58,661 nucleotides of DNA. Source: an uncultured Anaerotignum sp. Its GTDB lineage: Bacteria > Bacillota > Clostridia > Lachnospirales > Anaerotignaceae. The position numbers and the translations under genes are program-made. Below the pieces are notes generated by a model, which worked only from the letters and a program-made list of their open reading frames with translations, was not told the origin of the DNA and did not search any database. The stretch's first letter is position 1, and the number at the start of each line of letters is the position of its first letter. Shown here one piece after another: positions 26,189-35,479 of this stretch. The stretch covers positions 1-58,661 of the forward strand of contig CALWKZ010000117.1 in NCBI GenBank assembly GCA_944381385.1. Reading direction: 5' to 3'.

Positions 26189-27097
26189 ATGGACATTATG
26201 AATATCGTAAACCCGATCATCAGTATCGGTGGCCTTGGTGTTGTTTTTGGTGCATGCCTTGGCATTGCCAGCGAGGTCTTCAAGGTTGACGAAGATCCCC
26301 GTATTGGCCAAGTATTGGAAGTTCTGCCCGGCGCGAACTGCGGCGGCTGCGGCTTCCCCGGCTGCGGCGGCTGTGCTTCCGCTATCGTTGCCGGCACAGC
26401 TCCTGTAAACGCCTGCCCCGTTGGCGGCGCTGCAGTAGCTGAAAAAGTAGGTGCGATCATGGGTATTGAGGCTTCCGCTTCCGAACCTATGGCTGCATTC
26501 GTAAAATGCGGCGGCACCTGCGAAACAGCAAAAGAAAAATACGATTACTTCGGTATCGACGACTGCAACATGGCTGTTCAGCTGGCAGGCGCAGGCGCTA
26601 AGAGCTGCGCTTACGGCTGTCTGGGTCTGGGCAGCTGCAAAAAAGCCTGCGCTTTCGGCGCTATCGAGATTGTAGACGGCATCGCTGTCATCGACAAAGA
26701 AAAATGCGTTGCCTGCGGCAAGTGCGTATCTGCCTGCCCGAAACACATCATCGAGCTGCTGCCCGCGAAGAAGAAAGTAAAAGTACAGTGTTCTTCCAAG
26801 GACGTAGGCAAAAACGTAATGCAGGTATGCTCTTCCGGATGTATCGCATGTAAGATCTGCGAAAAGAATTGTCCTTTCGACGCCATCCACGTCATCGACA
26901 ATCTGGCAGTCATCGACTATGATAAATGTAAATCCTGCGGCATCTGTGCAAACAAATGTCCTAAGGGCGTTATCACAGGCAAGAGACCTGCCGCTCCCGC
27001 AGCAGAGGCAAAACCCGCGGCAGCAGCACCCGCTGCTCCTAAGGCTGAAGCTCCCGCTGCAGAAGCACCCAAAGCAGAAGAAAAACCCGCTGAATAA
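26189..27097 (+). CDS. rnfB: Rnf complex subunit B
   Basis: LPGANCGGCGFPGC and several ferredoxin Cys clusters; Ala/Pro/Glu-rich tail. Confidence 0.96.
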   Translation: MDIMNIVNPIISIGGLGVVFGACLGIASEVFKVDEDPRIGQVLEVLPGANCGGCGFPGCGGCASAIVAGTAPVNACPVGGAAVAEKVGAIMGIEASASEPMAAFVKCGGTCETAKEKYDYFGIDDCNMAVQLAGAGAKSCAYGCLGLGSCKKACAFGAIEIVDGIAVIDKEKCVACGKCVSACPKHIIELLPAKKKVKVQCSSKDVGKNVMQVCSSGCIACKICEKNCPFDAIHVIDNLAVIDYDKCKSCGICANKCPKGVITGKRPAAPAAEAKPAAAAPAAPKAEAPAAEAPKAEEKPAE

Positions 27098-27150
27098 TCA
27101 GCAAAACAAAAATGCAGCCATATTTATGACTGCTCCATAAGAAAGCAACA

Positions 27151-27194
27151 AATGCCGGAACCCTTTTCGAAGGATTCCGGCATTCTTATGTTTT
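27151..27194. terminator. rnf operon terminator
   Basis: AATGCCGGAA...TTCCGGCATT stem. Confidence 0.65.
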
Positions 27195-27267
27195 GAGGTT
27201 TTATATGATATGTTTTATGAAAGCGAAGCTGCTTTTTTAGATTTCCGGCTTTCTTCTTTCGCTGAGA

Positions 27268-28806
27268 TTAAAACAGAAGATTCACGCTGTCCTTTGCCTT
27301 GGCAATGTCCTCCAGGATGGATTTCTGTTTCTCCTCAAACAAAAGCTCTTTATTATAGCGATAGTAGGCGTCGCTGCCGTTTTCACTGATGAACTGCACG
27401 CTGTAATAATTGGCCGTCAGCTCCGTCACAAAAATGACCATTTCCTGTCCCGTGCCGAAGGTCTCCTCCAAAAAGGCGAAGGCATTCTCCAAAAAGGCGG
27501 CGGCTTCCTCCACCCGTCCTTCTCTTTCCTCCACCAGAGCGGCAAACTGCTCTTTTAGGCTGCCGAAAGCCTCGTCCTTTGTCCGGGCGCCGGTTTCTTT
27601 GGCTTTCTGCCCATAGCCCTCCAATATATCCAGCGCCGCTTTACCCGCTCTGCTTTCGTGCTTGTCCAGCAGATTGGCTTTCTTCTCTCTTTCATAGCTC
27701 ATCCGCTCTTCCTCCAGCAGCCCTTCCATCAGAGATTCCCAGGGAGTCTCCGCACAGTAAGGACTCTGGAACCGTTCTTTTGCCTCCAAAAGCACCTGAT
27801 GAGCCTTTGTGGTCCGCAGATCCGCCTCATAAGCCTCTGTAAAGGCCTCTGTCAGACGGCTGAGCAATAACCCCATAACGCTCAAACGCTCGTCAAAAGG
27901 CGCCTCCTGCAGCTTCTGGACGGCATTCTTTTCGTACTGTCCCCGCAGGATATCTTCTACCCGGTAATCTGTCTGGTACTTCCGGTACAGTTCCAGATAA
28001 TTGGCGAAATCCTTGGCGATCTTCCGGTGCTGCAAATACTGGTATACCAATCCCTCGTCCGGCACGATCCCCAGACCCTCGTAGACCTGGAGCACATTGG
28101 AAAGATCCTCCCAGCCTCTGGCCGTCACAAAACGCTTGCCGTCCACTGTGGTCTCCATGGCATAAAAATGGTTCTTCTTGATCTCCAGATAAGACAGCAC
28201 CGCCCCATGGATGCCCTGTTTCCAGGCATATTCCTTCCACACGGCAAAATCCGGCTCTACATCAATCTTCTTTACACGGTCCAATGTCACTACATCGAAC
28301 TCCCGGACGCTCTTGTTGTACTCCGGCGGATTGCCTGCCGCCACAATGATCCAGCCCTCCGGCAGCCGGTGAGAGCCAAAGGTCTTGGCCTGCAGAAACT
28401 GCAACATAGCAGGGGCCAGTGTTTCGGAAACACAGTTAATCTCATCCAGAAACAAAATCCCCTCTTTTAAGCCCGTTTCCTCCATTTTGTCATAAACAGC
28501 GGCGATAATCTCGCTCATGGTGTATTCTGTGACGGCATATTCCTTTCCGCCGTAGTTCTTATGGCTGATAAAAGGCAGGCCAATGGCGCTCTGGCGGGTA
28601 TGATGAGTGATGCTGTAGGCCACCAGCCCAATGCCGCATTCTCTGGCTACCTGCTCCATGACCGCTGTCTTGCCGATGCCCGGCGCCCCCATCAGCAGAA
28701 TGGGCCGCTGGCGCACCACAGGGATCTGATATTCCCCAAAATCATCTTTGGCAAGATACGCCGCGATGGCGTGCCGGATCTCTTCCTTCGCTTGTTTGAT
28801 ATTCAT
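27268..28806 (-). CDS. MoxR-like AAA+ ATPase with helical C-terminal extension
   Basis: GAPGIGKT, LFLDEIN, VAAGNP, ARGWE. Confidence 0.88.
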   Translation of the reverse strand: MNIKQAKEEIRHAIAAYLAKDDFGEYQIPVVRQRPILLMGAPGIGKTAVMEQVARECGIGLVAYSITHHTRQSAIGLPFISHKNYGGKEYAVTEYTMSEIIAAVYDKMEETGLKEGILFLDEINCVSETLAPAMLQFLQAKTFGSHRLPEGWIIVAAGNPPEYNKSVREFDVVTLDRVKKIDVEPDFAVWKEYAWKQGIHGAVLSYLEIKKNHFYAMETTVDGKRFVTARGWEDLSNVLQVYEGLGIVPDEGLVYQYLQHRKIAKDFANYLELYRKYQTDYRVEDILRGQYEKNAVQKLQEAPFDERLSVMGLLLSRLTEAFTEAYEADLRTTKAHQVLLEAKERFQSPYCAETPWESLMEGLLEEERMSYEREKKANLLDKHESRAGKAALDILEGYGQKAKETGARTKDEAFGSLKEQFAALVEEREGRVEEAAAFLENAFAFLEETFGTGQEMVIFVTELTANYYSVQFISENGSDAYYRYNKELLFEEKQKSILEDIAKAKDSVNLLF

Positions 28807-28812
28807 GGTTCT

Positions 28813-30192
28813 TTACTCCTTGTTATATGAAATTTCCAGATCTTCTTTGCCTAATACCACCTTCATGGCCCAAGGCGGTACTTCTCTTTCGTTATAGGCC
28901 CCGTCGTCCAGAAAGACAAACGCCGTGTCATAGGACGGGCGCTTTTTGGGGAACTGCCCCCAGCCGTCGGTAAAATAGATCAGCCCTTTCAGGCTTTGAA
29001 AAGCCTTTTCCTCCATGAGCTCCTCCACATAGGAAAACACCGGCCGGAAATCCGTTCCGCCGCTGCCCCGCAGGTCAAAGGCGGCCATGTACTGGGCCAG
29101 CTCCTCCTGGGAGGTGATCTTCTGATCCTGCTGTATTTTGGCGTCGCACTGTATGATGTGGAGGTTAAATTTATGGAAAAAGCTCTCGCTGCGGCGAAGG
29201 ATGCCGTAGGTTTCCTCCAGGAACCGCCGTACCGTGTCTCCCTCGCAGGATTCGGAGGTATCAATGGCAATGACCAGCTCCTCTACCTTTTTCACTTCCT
29301 TGTACTCCAGCGCCTCAATCAGGGGCATATTGCCGTAAAGCTGCAAGCCGTAGGTATAAAAAATATAATCATAGCTGTCATCATCTACCTGAATATCTTC
29401 CTTCCAGGTAACGAATTTCTCCAAAAAACGACGGTAGTCATACCGCTCCCGGTTCTCTACCCGCAGATATTGCAGCAGGTCTCCGGCCTCCTGTCCCGCC
29501 TCCTTGGAGAAGGTCTCCAGATTGGTCTGCATCTTTTCGCTGATGTCCCGCCATTTTTCTTCCATTTCCCGGCGGCGTTCCTCCTCATCCTGGGGCGGGT
29601 CCTCCTGATTCTGGTTCTGGTCGTTGTCCTGATCCTTCTGATCGCCATCCTCTTTTTTCTTCTCCCAGAAAACATGGTCATCCACCCAGAATTCCAGCTG
29701 TAATTTTCCAAATTCCTGAATGGACAGCTTTTCCTCCTGCAATATCTGATAGATGCCCTCCGCCGTCAGTACCTTCAGCCGACGGCGCAGCTTGTCATAC
29801 CATTCCTGCCTCCGGTCGGAAACCACCAGCCGCACCGCGGGAAAAGGCAGCACATCCACCATGGACTCCACGGCCATATCACAGGCCAGGTTCCAGTATT
29901 CCTCGTCCCGCTCCCCCTGATGGAAGGGGTGGCGGAACAGACAGTGCAGCAGCATATGCAGATAAGCCCGATTCACCAGCACCGGGTCCGACTGGTACCG
30001 CTCCATCAAATACCGGGGATTGAACAGTATTTTTTCCCCGTCCGTCCCTACATAAAGAGAGGACAGATTCATTTCATAGCGCAGCGCGCTCAAAGCCATA
30101 TCCAAAAACCGCATGGACAGATACAGTTGGTTCCGGGAAGCGCTTAAAATGCGGCTCCCCAGATCAATCAAATTACGGTGTGTTTCATTCAC
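28813..30192 (-). CDS. DUF2201-like protein: metallopeptidase-like N-domain + VWA domain
   Basis: GTDG, HMLLHC..H, WNLACD, acidic linker, AIDTSES, GGTDFRPVF, YFTDG. Confidence 0.82.
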   Translation of the reverse strand: MNETHRNLIDLGSRILSASRNQLYLSMRFLDMALSALRYEMNLSSLYVGTDGEKILFNPRYLMERYQSDPVLVNRAYLHMLLHCLFRHPFHQGERDEEYWNLACDMAVESMVDVLPFPAVRLVVSDRRQEWYDKLRRRLKVLTAEGIYQILQEEKLSIQEFGKLQLEFWVDDHVFWEKKKEDGDQKDQDNDQNQNQEDPPQDEEERRREMEEKWRDISEKMQTNLETFSKEAGQEAGDLLQYLRVENRERYDYRRFLEKFVTWKEDIQVDDDSYDYIFYTYGLQLYGNMPLIEALEYKEVKKVEELVIAIDTSESCEGDTVRRFLEETYGILRRSESFFHKFNLHIIQCDAKIQQDQKITSQEELAQYMAAFDLRGSGGTDFRPVFSYVEELMEEKAFQSLKGLIYFTDGWGQFPKKRPSYDTAFVFLDDGAYNEREVPPWAMKVVLGKEDLEISYNKE

Positions 30193-30207
30193 AAATCCAC
30201 CCTCTTT

Positions 30208-31383
30208 TTATAAATCAAAGGTTTTTTTCTTCTTTTGGAAACTGCGGTGGCCGTATTCCAGCAGGAATCCGGAGATCTCCGTCTGGCCGCTTTCCCCCGC
30301 CTTTTTCAGCAGCGGCGGCGCCGTTTCCTCTGTCAAAAGCCCCCACTGAGCAAAAAGACGCAGCTTGGGCAGGTCTCCCTTGGAGATATAATAAGATGCC
30401 GCCCAGAGAAAATGCTCCCGCAGATACTGGAGGTAGTCCGCCTTCCGGTTTTCCTGGAGACGGCAGGGATATTCCAGCCGGTACATGACCAAAAACAGCA
30501 CCATCAGCGCCTCATCCTCCCGCCGGGTCAGATAAAACAACTCGTCAAAGCGGCGGAAATCAATGTCGGAATTGCCGATGCACTGACGGAACAGATGACC
30601 CGTCCCATAATTAACCTGATGGAACTGGCGGGCCGGCGTATCCTCGATATATTCGTACTGATAATCCGGCAGCAGCAGCTTGGCCGTCTCCCCATTTTCA
30701 AAGTCAATGGTCAAATGCAGCTCCTGATTCAGCACAGAGATCAGGTCGGCGATATGGCGGCACCTGCCAAAGGACAGATCCCGCAGATGGTCACAGTTCA
30801 AAAACAGCCCTGTCCCCAGATCCCACGTTTTCGCGGGGATATGCACCTGCTCCATGCTCCGGCAGTTATAAAAGGCATAAGGCCCGATTTTCTCCACGCT
30901 TTCCGGCAGTATGGCCCGTTTCAGGCTGCGGCAGCCGTAAAAGGCATAGCCCTCGATCTCCCGCAGGCCCTGGGGCAGCGCCGGCGCCTCCAGCGCGGCA
31001 CAGTCCGCCAGCAGATGATCGGAAAGCACCTCCAGCCCCTCCGGCAGATGGAGCAGCGTCAGCGCCTCGCAGCCGGAAAAGGCATAGGACCCAATCTCCG
31101 TAATGGTATCCGGCAAAAACAGCTGCTCTATGGCCCAGCCTTCTTCCTGTACCACGGGGGCTTTTCGTTCTTCCGCTCCCACCGGAGAGAATTCCAGCTG
31201 TGTTTCCTCCGCTTTTTCCGCCGGGGGCCTTTCCTTTTTTACGGCAAAGGCATACGGCCCGACGGCTGTCACCGGCAGTCCGCCGATGGTCTCCGGGATG
31301 CGCACAACAGGCGCCCGCCCCTGTATTCCTATGATTTTTGCCCCCTTTTCCAGAGGCGTATAATATATGGTTACAGAACTCAT
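30208..31383 (-). CDS. BspA-type leucine-rich-repeat protein
   Basis: Repeated LP.....I...AF.GC..L units; no signal peptide. Confidence 0.85.
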   Translation of the reverse strand: MSSVTIYYTPLEKGAKIIGIQGRAPVVRIPETIGGLPVTAVGPYAFAVKKERPPAEKAEETQLEFSPVGAEERKAPVVQEEGWAIEQLFLPDTITEIGSYAFSGCEALTLLHLPEGLEVLSDHLLADCAALEAPALPQGLREIEGYAFYGCRSLKRAILPESVEKIGPYAFYNCRSMEQVHIPAKTWDLGTGLFLNCDHLRDLSFGRCRHIADLISVLNQELHLTIDFENGETAKLLLPDYQYEYIEDTPARQFHQVNYGTGHLFRQCIGNSDIDFRRFDELFYLTRREDEALMVLFLVMYRLEYPCRLQENRKADYLQYLREHFLWAASYYISKGDLPKLRLFAQWGLLTEETAPPLLKKAGESGQTEISGFLLEYGHRSFQKKKKTFDL

Positions 31384-31468
31384 AGACGTTCCTTCCTTTT
31401 CTTTTTTAGGCAATGCCTTAATATATAATTATACTAGGTATTCCCATGGCCTGTCAAAGAAAAAAGAC

Positions 31469-31497
31469 TTGACGGCGAACAGGAAAATCTCTACAAT
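31469..31497 (+). promoter_or_regulatory. sigmaA promoter of the tRNA
   Basis: TTGACG-N17-TACAAT. Confidence 0.7.
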
Positions 31498-31541
31498 AAA
31501 AAAGAAGTCCGCGCAGTATTCTAAGGGCGGAACTTCTTTTT

Positions 31542-31615
31542 GTCTCTGTAGCTCAGCAGGATAGAGCGTCCGCCTCCTAAGCGGAAGGCCGTGGGTTCGA
31601 ATCCCGCCAGGGACG
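31542..31615 (+). tRNA. tRNA-Arg (anticodon CCT)
   Basis: Acceptor GTCTCTG/CAGGGAC; D-arm GCTC..GAGC; TCCGC-CTCCTAA-GCGGA; GTTCGAATC; CCA not encoded. Confidence 0.96.
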
Positions 31616-31617
31616 TT

Positions 31618-31664
31618 AAAAAGCCGCTGCAAACTATCTTTTCGATAGTTTACAGCGGTTTTTT
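31618..31664 (+). terminator. tRNA terminator
   Basis: CCGCTG.AAACTATC..GATAGTTT.CAGCGG + T-tract. Confidence 0.75.
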
Positions 31665-31848
31665 GCTCTCAGTTTTTTCAAGCATCCCTTCCGCTTTTCT
31701 GAAACCCCCCGGAATTCATCCCGGAGGTCCTTCCATTCTCCCAAAACGCAGACCATAACCCCGCGGCTTCTTCCGTATAACTTTGGTACAGTTCACATTA
31801 AGGGTTCCGGCTTTTTTTATAAAATGGTGCCTATCTACGACTGCCTTT

Positions 31849-32301
31849 TTACTCCATCTCTTTCCGCAGTCTTGCCCGGACGGCCCGCAGCCCCTCCGGC
31901 AGCGCCTCATTGGGCATGGCGTCCGGTACAGCGGTGGTGCCGGCCTGCCTCGCCGTCTCGTAATACCAGCATTTAAACCGGATGACCTCCATAGTCTCCT
32001 GAAGCTGGGCTATTTGTTTTTCCACCTCCGCCCGCTGCTTTTGAAACAGCGCCAATCTAGCCTCGATGGTGCTGTCCCCTTCCATGACCAGGTGGATGAA
32101 TTCCCGGATATCCTTCAACTGCATCCCCGTCTTTTTCAGACATTCCACGATCTTCAAAAACTCATAATCCGAATCCCGGAACAGACGGATGCCGCCCTCG
32201 GAACGCTCTACAAAGGGCAGCAGCCCTTCCTTGTCGTAATAACGCAGGGTAGACGGCGCCAGATCCAGCATTTTCGCCATTTCTCCGATGGTATATACCA
32301 T
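31849..32301 (-). CDS. MerR-family regulator, AdhR-like
   Basis: YTIGEMAK..STLRYYDKEGLLP; ECLKKTGM conserved Cys. Confidence 0.92.
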   Translation of the reverse strand: MVYTIGEMAKMLDLAPSTLRYYDKEGLLPFVERSEGGIRLFRDSDYEFLKIVECLKKTGMQLKDIREFIHLVMEGDSTIEARLALFQKQRAEVEKQIAQLQETMEVIRFKCWYYETARQAGTTAVPDAMPNEALPEGLRAVRARLRKEME

Positions 32302-32328
32302 AAAAATCCCTCTTTTCCAAAAAAGGCC

Positions 32329-32359
32329 TTGACTTAAAGTTGACTTTAACTTCTATAAT
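32329..32359 (+). promoter_or_regulatory. MerR-type promoter with 19-bp spacer and AdhR-like dyad
   Basis: TTGACT-N19-TATAAT enclosing TTAAAGT-TG-ACTTTAA. Confidence 0.88.
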
Positions 32360-32415
32360 CTACTTAAAGAGATTATAAGTGCCTTTTGTAAAGGTGTCAA
32401 GAAGGAGGCTTTTGT

Positions 32416-32829
32416 ATGAAAGAAAGACCTGACCTGGGCGTATTCCCCATGGGAGAGGAAAATACAGCCTACGCCCCTTATTTTACGGGAAAAAGCTATC
32501 TTGCCATGCTGTCCACGGAACAAGTGGTCATCGGCAATGTAACCTTCGCGCCCGGCTGCCGCAACCACTGGCACATCCATCATGCCAAGGAAGGCGGCGG
32601 ACAGATCCTGCTGGTTACAGCGGGCCGGGGATACTATCAGGAATGGGGCAAGGCCCCCAGAGAGCTGTTCCCCGGAGATGTGGTAAACATTCCCGCCGGG
32701 GTAAAGCACTGGCACGGCGCCGCTCCCGACAGCTGGTTCTCCCATCTGGCCATTGAAGTCCCCGCCGCAGAAGGGAAAAACGAATGGTGCGAGGAAGTAT
32801 CTGATGAAATATACAGCAAATTGAAATAA
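32416..32829 (+). CDS. Cupin-domain protein
   Basis: NVTFAPGCRNHWHIH..GGQIL; IPAGVKHWHGA. Confidence 0.9.
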   Translation: MKERPDLGVFPMGEENTAYAPYFTGKSYLAMLSTEQVVIGNVTFAPGCRNHWHIHHAKEGGGQILLVTAGRGYYQEWGKAPRELFPGDVVNIPAGVKHWHGAAPDSWFSHLAIEVPAAEGKNEWCEEVSDEIYSKLK

Positions 32830-32841
32830 GGAGGAAGCATC

Positions 32842-34020
32842 ATGCTAGGAAATTTCACTTATGTAAATCCCACAAAGCTCTATTTTGGCGAAAACGCCCT
32901 GGAACATCTGCCGGAGGCTCTGGCGGACTATGGCAAACGTGTCCTTTTGGTCTACGGCGGCGGTTCCATCAAGAAAAACGGCATTTATGACAAAGTCGTT
33001 TCCCTGCTGCAAAAAGCGGGCAAGGAGATCGTGGAGGACGGCGGCGTCATGCCCAATCCCACTCTGGCAAAGGTCTATGACGGCTGCCGCATCGCCAGAG
33101 TGGGAAACATCGACTTCATCCTTGCCGTAGGCGGCGGTTCCGTCTGCGACTATTCCAAGGCTCTTTCCGTTTCCATCCACTGCGAGGAGGATCCCTGGGA
33201 AAAATATTATCTGCGTATGGAAGAGCCTTCCTGTCAGATTGTGCCTGTGGGCTGTGTGCTGACCATGGTAGGCACCGGCTCTGAAATGAACGGCGGCTCT
33301 GTCATCACCAATACGGAAACGAAACTGAAAATCGGCAAGGTATTCAGCGAAAAGGTGTTCCCGAAATTCTCCATTCTGGACCCCACCTATACCTTTACTC
33401 TGCCGAATTATCAGATGGTCTCCGGATTTTTTGACATCATGTCCCATATTCTGGAGCAATATTTCTCCGACAGCGACGACAATACCTCCGACTATCTTAT
33501 GGAGGGCCTGCTCCATTCCCTGATCCACAGCTCCCGCATCGCCGTAAAAAATCCTCTGGATTATGAGGCCCGCAGCAATATCATGTGGATCGCCACCTGG
33601 GCTTTGAATACGCTGGTGGCAAAGGGCAAAACCACCGACTGGATGGTGCATATGATCGGCCAGTCCATAGGCGCTTATACAAACGCCACCCACGGCATGA
33701 CACTGGCGGCCGTTTCCATCCCCTACTACCGGATGCTGCTGCCTTATGGGCTGCCGAAATTCAAGCGCTACGCCATCAACGTATGGGGCGTATCGGCGGA
33801 AGGCAAGACCGATATGGAAATTGCGGAGGAAGGTCTGGCTCGTATGGAAAGCTATATGCGGGAGCTGGGTCTGGTAATGAACGCAAAAGAACTGGGCGTT
33901 ACGGAGGATATGCTGGACGGCATTGCCGAAGGCTCTTTCATTATGGAAGGCGGCTATAAGACTTTGACAAAGGACGAAATCATCCAAATCTTAAAAGAAA
34001 GCATGGAGGCGGTAAAATGA
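32842..34020 (+). CDS. Iron-containing alcohol dehydrogenase (BdhA/YqhD-like)
   Basis: YGGGSIKK, AVGGGS..D..K, TGSEMN, HMIG, THG. Confidence 0.92.
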   Translation: MLGNFTYVNPTKLYFGENALEHLPEALADYGKRVLLVYGGGSIKKNGIYDKVVSLLQKAGKEIVEDGGVMPNPTLAKVYDGCRIARVGNIDFILAVGGGSVCDYSKALSVSIHCEEDPWEKYYLRMEEPSCQIVPVGCVLTMVGTGSEMNGGSVITNTETKLKIGKVFSEKVFPKFSILDPTYTFTLPNYQMVSGFFDIMSHILEQYFSDSDDNTSDYLMEGLLHSLIHSSRIAVKNPLDYEARSNIMWIATWALNTLVAKGKTTDWMVHMIGQSIGAYTNATHGMTLAAVSIPYYRMLLPYGLPKFKRYAINVWGVSAEGKTDMEIAEEGLARMESYMRELGLVMNAKELGVTEDMLDGIAEGSFIMEGGYKTLTKDEIIQILKESMEAVK

Positions 34021-34559
34021 AAAAAGTACTGGTGATCTCTTCTTCCCTGCGGAAGGACAGCAACTCGGAAGCATTGGCGGAGGCTCTGGCCAAAGGGGCG
34101 GAAGCGGCAGGGAACCAGGTGGAAGTGATCTCCCTGCGGGGAAAGGACATCGGGTTCTGCCGGGGCTGTATGGCCTGTCAGCACACCCAGCGCTGCATTT
34201 TGAAGGATGATGCCCCCGCTCTGGTAGAAAAGGTCGGAAAGGCGGATGTGCTGGTATTTGCCACTCCCATTTACTACTATGAAATGAGCGGTCTCATGAA
34301 AACCTTCCTAGATCGGTGCAATCCGCTCTTCCCTTCGGATTACGCTTTCCGGCAGGTATATCTTGTTGCCGCGGCGGCAGACAGCGGCAAAAGCGCCATG
34401 GACGGCGCTGTCACCGGTATTTCCGGCTGGGTCTCCTGCTTTGAAAAAGCAAGCTTGGCCGGCGTGATCCGGGGCACTTCCCTGTATGAGCCGGGAGCGG
34501 CCAAAAAAGCGGAGGCGATTTTACAGGAGGCCTACGACATGGGCGCGGCCATCCGCTGA
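34017..34559 (+). CDS. Flavodoxin-like NADPH-dependent FMN reductase / iron-sulfur flavoprotein
   Basis: SSLRKDSNS, CRGCMAC....C..KDD, TPIYY. Confidence 0.88.
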   Translation: MKKVLVISSSLRKDSNSEALAEALAKGAEAAGNQVEVISLRGKDIGFCRGCMACQHTQRCILKDDAPALVEKVGKADVLVFATPIYYYEMSGLMKTFLDRCNPLFPSDYAFRQVYLVAAAADSGKSAMDGAVTGISGWVSCFEKASLAGVIRGTSLYEPGAAKKAEAILQEAYDMGAAIR

Positions 34560-34614
34560 CAAACAAAAAACAGGCACGGCAGTCTCCTTTTCCGAGGCGC
34601 CGTGCCTGCTTTTT

Positions 34615-35475
34615 TTATGCTTTCTTTTTCTCTGCCGCCCCATCCATCCGGGACAGCTTTCTGGCCTGATTGAACACCGCCCCCATGAGCATGGTGGTCG
34701 CGCTGCAGTTGAGCCACACCAGAAAGGCGATGATGACCCCGATGGAGCCGTAAATGACGGAATACCGCCCCATATGGTCCACATAGTAGGAAAAGGCCAG
34801 GGAAAATAAGATCCATACCCCTACGGATACCGCCGCCCCCGGCAGTACATCCCCCAGCTTCTGCTTTTCCGCCGGGGATAAATAATAAATGGCGCAGAGC
34901 AAAAACAGCAGCGCCGCCGCCATAGGCAGAAAACGCAGCTTCGTCCAGCCGGAGATGAATTCCTCCGATATGGGAATGAACATCCCAATAATATTCAATA
35001 CCCGCCCGCCGATCAGCAGCAGAATCAGCATCAGCGGAATCAATATCAGCGTAAAGAGCGTCAGCCCCGCCGTCCGCAGTCCCTGGGGCTCGCCCTTCTC
35101 GCAGCCGTAAATCGACGCCACGGAGTTCATCAGGTTGGATACGGCCCGGTAGGGGAACCACAGCGTAAATACCAGCCCTAAGGTCAGGATGGTATTGTTG
35201 CTGGTCTGGGTCACATGGGCAATGGCCAGATTCAGCAGCGTCACCACATCATCCGGCAGAAACCGGGCAATCTCCCCATCCAGAGAGATCATGGGCAGCT
35301 GCAAAAGACCCAGAATAGCCGTCACCAGCACCAGAAAGGGAAACAGAGCAAACAGCAGATAGTAAGTCATAGACGCCGCGTTCCGTCCGATCTGATTGGT
35401 AAAATATCCCTGTATGGTCAGGAACAGGACTTTCTTCCAGCCCCTTTGTTTTTCAATGGTTTTTCGCAGATCCAT
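34615..35475 (-). CDS. YihY/BrkB-family membrane protein
   Basis: AASMTYYLLFALFP, YSVIYGSIGVIIAFLVW. Confidence 0.9.
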   Translation of the reverse strand: MDLRKTIEKQRGWKKVLFLTIQGYFTNQIGRNAASMTYYLLFALFPFLVLVTAILGLLQLPMISLDGEIARFLPDDVVTLLNLAIAHVTQTSNNTILTLGLVFTLWFPYRAVSNLMNSVASIYGCEKGEPQGLRTAGLTLFTLILIPLMLILLLIGGRVLNIIGMFIPISEEFISGWTKLRFLPMAAALLFLLCAIYYLSPAEKQKLGDVLPGAAVSVGVWILFSLAFSYYVDHMGRYSVIYGSIGVIIAFLVWLNCSATTMLMGAVFNQARKLSRMDGAAEKKKA

Positions 35476-35479
35476 AGGC

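Noticed and set aside
26985-27097. Ala/Pro/Glu-rich repeats at the RnfB (and RnfC) C-terminus
   Set aside because: Common low-complexity tails in Rnf subunits.
31542-31850. tRNA-Arg as an island integration site
   Set aside because: No integrase nearby and no duplicated tRNA 3' end noticed in the window.
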